A DNA stretch of 64,000 bases. It comes from Paraspadella gotoi (taxonomy: Eukaryota > Animalia > Chaetognatha). The stretch lies in assembly GCA_051294375.1 (NCBI GenBank), contig CM119269.1, forward strand, positions 18,178,410 to 18,242,409. Reading direction: 5' to 3'. A model generated the notes under the pieces. That model saw only the letters and a program-made list of their open reading frames with translations. It did not search any database and was not told the origin of the DNA. A program made the translations under genes and the position numbers. Each line of letters starts with the position of its first letter. The first letter of the stretch is position 1. Below, one piece after another: positions 57,498 through 64,000 of this stretch.

Positions 57498-60400
57498 AAT
57501 AAAGAAAAAGAAAATTAAAGAAATAAAAAATAAAAAAATAAATAAATAAATAATAATAAATATAAATAATATAAATAAATAAATTAAGATTGAGTCGTAT
57601 TTCTTTCAGGTCAACTTGGCCTATCAGCATATTACTACTGCACAGCGCAGTAGAAAAAATTTCTACCGTACCTGCAATGTCCCATAATTGGAGCCGCACG
57701 ACTGTATTGGCGTCCCAATTGATCACCTGATAGATATACGTAATTATTAATCAGTGATAAACCCATAGTTTCTAAAAGAAAGTGTTCCGTTAATTACGTA
57801 TGGATAGCACAATAGATAACTTATTAATTAATGATTGGATAATTAATATTGGTTATCCCTAATTTCATAAGCTTCAATACAATTGCGAAAGCANNNNNNN
57901 NNNNNNNNNNNNNNNNNNTTCATTCATTCATTCATTCATTCATTCATTCATTTTTTTTGGTTTCCCGTCATTTTTCTACTTTTCTCTAAATGTCTTTGTT
58001 CCTTGTCCAAATTTGTCCTCCGTAATCCCCAACGTCATTCATCTAAGATCTGATTCTATTTCATTCTTCCTTCACCCCCCCCCTTCCACCGGGTCACAGG
58101 TCAAGAGCGTTACGGGAACATGACGCGCGTTTACTACAAAGAGGCCGTCGGTTGCTTTATTGTCTTCGACGTCAGTCGAGTTTCAACGTTTGAGGTTCGT
58201 CGCTTCTACTTTGTCGTCAAAGTTTCTCGTTAATATTTATATATACATTTTTATATTTTTAGTCTTTAATCATCAGTTTTTGTTTAATAAAATAAATATA
58301 TACGTTTATTATGCCGAAAATATTTTTAAAAAATAGTTTTCACGTGAGTAACGCTTTTTAATCATCTCTAAACATGTGACAGTTTTTATGAAAATTTGCA
58401 AATTACTTGTTTCACTATTTTCTATTTTTATATACTTTTATGAAGGATTTAGTATTTAATCTATATTATTTAAGCAATATATATTGCTTTTCTTTTTTAA
58501 AAAATATGTTTTATTTATCTAATAATTCATTGGGAAGGGGAAGTCAGTGTTGTCTTCTGGAAAATAGAGGGAGCATCTATACAACACAAGGTTAGATTAC
58601 TATCTGTCCTAGTTTTCTAAATAGATAAACCATAAAATTATTCTGTTAAGAAAAGTCATTAATGAAATTTTTTGAGAGTTGTATAACATATTTTATTAGT
58701 ATTTTGCTTTTATTCGCAATCAAAAATACACTTTATTTCTCAATCCTCGACAGTTTCCAATTGGAAACCGACTTGGATTCCAAAGTTCAACTCGCCGACG
58801 GGGTCACCCGTTCCATGCGTTTCTCGCAAATAAGGTAAGGTTCTTTCCAAATAAAAAAAAAAAAAAAATTCTAAAGATCCAGACACAAAAACCTACTCAC
58901 CATTGAAAACGCCTTGGGCGACCATTCGGTAAAAATGTGTACTTATCGGAAAAGCAAACCGGTTAAAAAGAACCTTGTCGAAAAGAAATTTTATGGAGAG
59001 GATAAGTTTTCGAAACTCTTCACATAAAATTTACTCTCAATTCTCTTTTTTTAAGTTTCACTTTTCTCTTTTCTCTTTTATTTCTCAATTTTTTCTTTCA
59101 GCTTGGGCTCATCCATTTTTCTTTTTTGAATTCGTCTTTATACTTTTTTTTTTGTTCACAATTTTTAGTGGATTTTAGAGTATAAAATTTAACAAAAATA
59201 TAATTACAGATATTAAAAATTCATTTTTTTTTTCAGTAAAATCTAAAAAAACTGATAAAATCTTCGAAAGATGATGATGATGTATGATTTTTTTTATAAT
59301 TTTTTCTCTTATTTTTTGACCAACTTATCATGAAAATAGTTAAAAAATAATTACACTTCGTGAAGACAACTTTTTTATGATCTATCTGGATCTGGTCGTA
59401 AAATTAAAAAAATTACAAAACATTTTTTAGCCTTTTCTATCTATAAATATATATTAAAAATTTAGTCATATAAAAATTTTTTTGAAAGTATATCAAAAAT
59501 GTATAAACTTTCGTTGTTTTTTTTTCGCCTGTACTAACTCTAAATTTTTGACTCGCCCCTTTTCAGTGCGATCTGACCAAAGAGGGCGTGGTGAACAACC
59601 CGAGTCAGATGGACGACTTTTGTCGGGAACGCGGATTTGTCGGTTGGTACGAGACGTCGGCCAAGGAGAACATCAACGTGGACGAGGCCGCCAAATGCCT
59701 CGTCTCCTTCATCCTGGAGAGGGACATGGCCACGCAGGTGAGGGGGGTTAAAAGAGGCCCTTGGGGTGTTGGCTCTTGGGATGTTGTTTTAAATGTTCAT
59801 AACTCAGGTAATAATGCTTCAATTAAGTTGATCTTTGGTAGGAAGGTGAAGTACCGTAACACCTTTAATGTGCATATATGAATCCCACCTGAGCAGTGAG
59901 CACCATAAAAAGCTACGCGATGACCGACCTGTAATTCATTTCACTTCGGCGCAACACCATTTATTAGCCGATTCTTGTTTTATACCCTTTCCGCTTCCTT
60001 TCTCACTTCGTACCTTTTTTAAAAATGTTTCTCCTTATTTTTTTCCTTCTTCCCCTCTTCCTCTTTTCTCCTTTCCTCCGTAAATCTTCTCCTTTTTTCC
60101 TTCTTCCCCTCCTCCTCTTTCCTCCCTTTCCTCCGTAACTCCTCTCTCTTTTTTTTCCTTCTTCCCCTCCTCCTCTTTCCTCCCTTTCCTCCGTAACTCC
60201 TCTCTCTTTTTTTCCCTTCTTCCCATCCTCCTCTTTTCTCCCTTTCCTCCGTAACTCCTCTCCCTTTTTTTTCCTTCTTCCCCTCCTCCTCTTTTCTCCC
60301 TTTCCTCCGTAACTCTTCTCCTTTTTTTACCTCCTCTCATTTTCCCTCCACCCTCTTCCTCCCTCTTCATCCTCTTCCCTCTCCTCCTCCCCAGCGCGAG

Positions 60401-60505
60401 GACGACGACGCCGACCGCGGGTTCCAACTCGGCGCCGCCGGAAACGGCGCCGGCGCCGGGAGAAGAAAATCCGGCGGCGGATGTTGCGGTGGTGGTGGGG
60501 ATTGA
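54996..60505 (+). CDS. RAB32: Rab32/Rab38-family small GTPase; third coding exon is on the opposite strand in this assembly
   Basis: Exons: 54996-55007 (MPIP, tentative); 55187-55330 ([40 protein letters not shown]); [57726-57672 minus: [19 protein letters not shown]]; 58100-58194 ([17 protein letters not shown]); ~58750-58833 ([11 protein letters not shown]...LANK, indel-ridden); 59567-59737 (CD...[16 protein letters not shown]); 60394-60505 (...GCCGGGGD*). WDIAG is diagnostic of the Rab32/38/29 clade. Confidence 0.92.
57672..57726 (-). CDS. RAB32: Inverted internal exon of the Rab32/38 gene
   Basis: The minus strand reads tatcag|GTGATC...GACATTGCAG|gtacgg, 55 nt, phase 0 in and phase 1 out. 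It exactly bridges FALK| (55330) and |GQERY (58100). Confidence 0.93.
60032..60330. repeat. Pyrimidine-rich ~58-bp minisatellite, about 5 units, in the last Rab intron
   Basis: Repeating ...ccttcttcccctcctcctcttttctccctttcctccgtaactcctctctctttttt... Confidence 0.9.
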
Positions 60506-60509
60506 AGAG

Positions 60510-60780
60510 GAGGAAGGAGTGGCGAAGAAAAGAGAGTGGAGTCGTGATAGAAGGAGGGAGGAGTGGCACAGAGGAGAAGTGAGGAGTGGCGAAGAATAGA
60601 GTGAAGCCGTGAAACCAGAATGAGGAGTGGCAGACAGGAGAAGTGAGGACTGAGGAGTGGCGAAGAATAGAGAGTGGAACCGTGATAGAGGGAGGAAGGA
60701 GTGGCAGAGAGGAGAAGTGAAGAGTTGGAACCGTGATAGAGGGAGGGAGAAGAAACAGAGAGTAGAATTGAGAAGTGGAG
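60510..60780. repeat. Purine-rich ~65-70-bp degenerate tandem repeat in the Rab 3' UTR
   Basis: gaggagtggcgaagaatagagagtggaaccgtgataga...ggagtggcagaggagaagt, 3-4 copies. Confidence 0.85.
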
Positions 60781-61375
60781 ATGGAAATGGCGGCCATGGG
60801 AAATGTTGGGAGACGACGATGGCGACGACAGCGAAGACGACGAAACCACAGCCGAAGACGTAACAAAAAAAAAACTGGAACATTTTAGGAAAATTGACGT
60901 CATTATCTCACCCTCTCTTTCCTTGTTCCTCTTGAGCAAATGCCGAAAATCGAAGAAAAGATAAAATTTAAAAAAATATATAAAAAAAAAAACAATAAAA
61001 AAAAATAAAACCGCGTGTTTTTCAACCCATTCCACTTTAAGTTTTACGACTTTTTTTTTCTCAGAGGAAAACGAGGTGAACATCGAAAACAGATACGAGA
61101 GAAAATCCTTTAACTTTCTCCTCAAATCTCTTTAGCGATTCACTCTGTCCGATCGAGAGTCAGTATTTTTTTTTTCAAACTTTTCTTTTTTATTTTAAAT
61201 TTTGAGTTATGAGGTGAGAGTCGAATTTTATTAAAAGCTATTTTTTTTAACTTATTTATCTTGCCTTTGCTTTCTTTTATTATATTTAGTTTTTACTATT
61301 TATTTGTACATATTTGTATTTATATGTTTGAACATTTTTTCTTTTATTTTCTCTTTTGATCGTAATGTTTTATAG

Positions 61376-61377
61376 TT

Positions 61378-61461
<84 letters not shown>

Positions 61462-61462
61462 T
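61376..61462. repeat. (TTTC)n microsatellite
   Basis: Directly visible. Confidence 0.97.
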
Positions 61463-61749
61463 ATTCTTTTCTTTTTTCAATCTCTAATTTCTGTCTTCCT
61501 CCCTAATTTTTCTTTTCCTCCCTCCCACGCCCTCTTCTTCTTCGCATCGCTCCAGTGTATTTCATCTCCTTCCTTCTGAAGAACAAGAACAAAACAAATA
61601 AAAGTCTTTTTCCTAAGATTTACTGCAAATAGACTGAACTGCGAAATCCTCTCCGCCCCTTAAGGCGCGGGGTGCCATCCGATCTTGTCCCCCCCCCACG
61701 CAGGAATTTTGGGAGCCGTTGCCTCGCGCCTTACAATTCCAATACAAAG

Positions 61750-61807
<58 letters not shown>

Positions 61808-62081
61808 TCTCTCTCTCTCTATCTATCTATCTCTCTCTCTCAATCTACGTCAGTTCTAATCGTCAGCGTTTGACGAGTCGATTTCGGTTCTAGTTCTCTC
61901 ATAAGCGTCTCATTTACTAAAGATAAGCCAACCAAAAATGCAATTTTCCTTTTAGTATTTAGTCTATTATTGATCACTGATCGCCTGAGGATATACATTA
62001 TACGATTTTATACGTATACTACATGAAACAAAGATCTGATCCCAACGCCCATCCAATGCAAACACAGCCAACTGAAGCGGC

Positions 62082-62125
<44 letters not shown>

Positions 62126-63337
62126 CGTGACGGCGACGACGACGACGACGAATAGACAAAAACTCTCGACGATCGATTTAAAAATAACTCGACTTCGTTC
62201 CTCTTCTTTCTCTCTTCCTTTTCGATCTCTATTTTTGCCAAGTCTCCAGACTCGAGACTTAATCTAAGTATTAACGTTTTCACACTTCTCCAACTTTTAA
62301 AAATATACTCTAAATATAAGAAACTTATATTATGTTGTAAAATTTTCACATTACTCGTGTAAAAATGGAAAACGTCACGAAACTCATCTTTTTTTCCACA
62401 CTAGTTCTCACTCTTATCGCAGGGAGAGCGGACAATGCTCATTCATCCTCGCTTTCCACTCTCTCTCTCTCTCACTCCCGTTTTTATCTATGACCATTTC
62501 TCGTAAACCGCAATAAACTCTTTCCTCTCCGTTAGACCCCCTACTGGTCCAACGACTCGTCGAGTTGCTTCCTAATTTTCATCCACTCCCTCCATCATCG
62601 GCCACAATTACCCCATCACTCCCCAACACACGGTCCCCGATGCCCTGTCCCTCTCCCCCAGCGGGGTCCTCTCCCCCTCCCGACCCCTCGGCCATTCGTT
62701 CCGGTTTTTCTGGGAACTATTTTATGGAAGGTCAGGCCGCGAGCAGACAGCGGCGCCACCCTTTGGCCAAAACAATCAATTGTTTATGACGCCGTCAACT
62801 TTTCACGACGGGCTCCGAGGGCGGAAAGGGGATGGCAGCGGCGACGTGGGCGGTCGCGGCGGCGGCTGCGGCGGAGGATATGGCTTCGTTGGCGACGATG
62901 GTGGAAGTGGCGAAGATGATGGCAGAAGAGGTGGCACTGACGGCGCGGGAGGGAATGGCAAAAGTTTATGAATAAGAATGAATATTAATTAGATAAGTAT
63001 ATGGAATAAGAAAACGATGGCGAAGCATATGATGTCGACGAAAGTAAATCAATGGTGGCATTGGTGTAAGTATCAGCGGTGGCATTAGTGGCACTATCGG
63101 CGATATTTCGATAAAAGTTGCGCCACCCGAGGCGCAGGCCGAGGCGACGTGCCAAGAGAGCGAAGAAGAATCCTATGGATTTTCGCGTGAATTGTGAGGA
63201 ATTCTAACCGCAAAAACCCCTCTTTCTCTCCTCTCTCTCTCTTCTCTCTCTCTCTCTTCTCTCTCTCTCTCTTCTCTCTCTCTCCTCTCTCTTCTCTCTC
63301 TTCTTTCTCCCTACTCTCTCTCTCTCCTCTCTCTCTC

Positions 63338-63393
<56 letters not shown>

Positions 63394-64000
63394 CTCTTTT
63401 TTTTGTCGTTTTTTCTTTTCTGTTTTTCTGTTCTATTGCTACTCTTAATAGCTTAAAAAATATTTTTTTTCATTATTTTAAGAAATATAATTGAAAAAAA
63501 GTTTCAAACAAAATCGGGGTAAAATTTCATTCTCGTTCAAAAATTAAAAAGACTGACGACAATTTACTAAATGACGACAGGATATTTTTCTTTGATGAAA
63601 TAGCAATCCAAAAATGCTTTTTTACGAAACGTAGTCGAATTTACATGTGACCATTGTAAGTAGTAATAGAGTAAAGTCTCTTCGGTCTTTAATTAAGACT
63701 TAATTCCAACACAGAACGCCCTCAATTCCAACTCCTGGTGAAAAAAGAAAAAGCCAAACAGTCGTAGTGACATTTTGCCCGTGAAAATCTTTGGCCGTGA
63801 GTCGTGACAATGTCCGCTCAATCACGAACATCACCGCCGGGACAACATGTTGCCTATTCTGAGAGTATTTCCCACGAAATCTGAAACGAGGCGTTTTTTT
63901 TTTTAATCCAACGAAATATTTTGAAAAAAAGAAGCTTCATTCTTACTTCCACATTATCAAGCATTGCCATTCCTCAGTCTCACCTCCGTCTGTTCCCTCT

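Noticed and set aside
60035-61125. Long minus-strand ORFs (179-282 aa)
   Set aside because: They arise from stop-poor minisatellites antisense to the last Rab exon and 3' UTR.
62040-63160. GC-rich (CGA/GGC)n and Pro/Gly-rich short ORFs
   Set aside because: No recognisable domain or consistent splice structure. Probably UTR, promoter or low-complexity sequence of a gene extending beyond the window.

Overview
Eukaryotic (invertebrate metazoan-type) genomic DNA with GC-rich exons, AT-rich spliceosomal introns and abundant (CT/GA)n microsatellites. It has two N-gaps (38970-38980, 57894-57918). Splicing the exons by eye gives eight genes: a membrane-anchored animal heme peroxidase (+); an unidentified coiled-coil/Pro-rich protein (-); the cilia gene SAXO4/PPP1R32 (+); an orphan class A GPCR (-); the ~28-exon cilia gene CFAP70 (-); a GRDP/DUF1399 protein (-); an apparently intronless XK-family (scramblase-like) gene (+) nested antisense in GRDP intron 2; and a Rab32/38-family GTPase (+). 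Main points: (1) one essential Rab exon (WDIAG) lies on the opposite strand with intact splice sites, next to a gap; (2) a ~170-nt structured RNA-like element with cUUCGg tetraloops and compensatory changes occurs in two diverged copies; (3) the nested Xkr gene; (4) RFX/forkhead motif clusters upstream of the cilia genes; (5) non-autonomous TIR and Helentron-like elements. Many single-base indels in homopolymers break otherwise conserved exons. This points to an imperfectly polished assembly and lowers confidence in any structural oddity. All family assignments come from recalled motifs, not from database searches.
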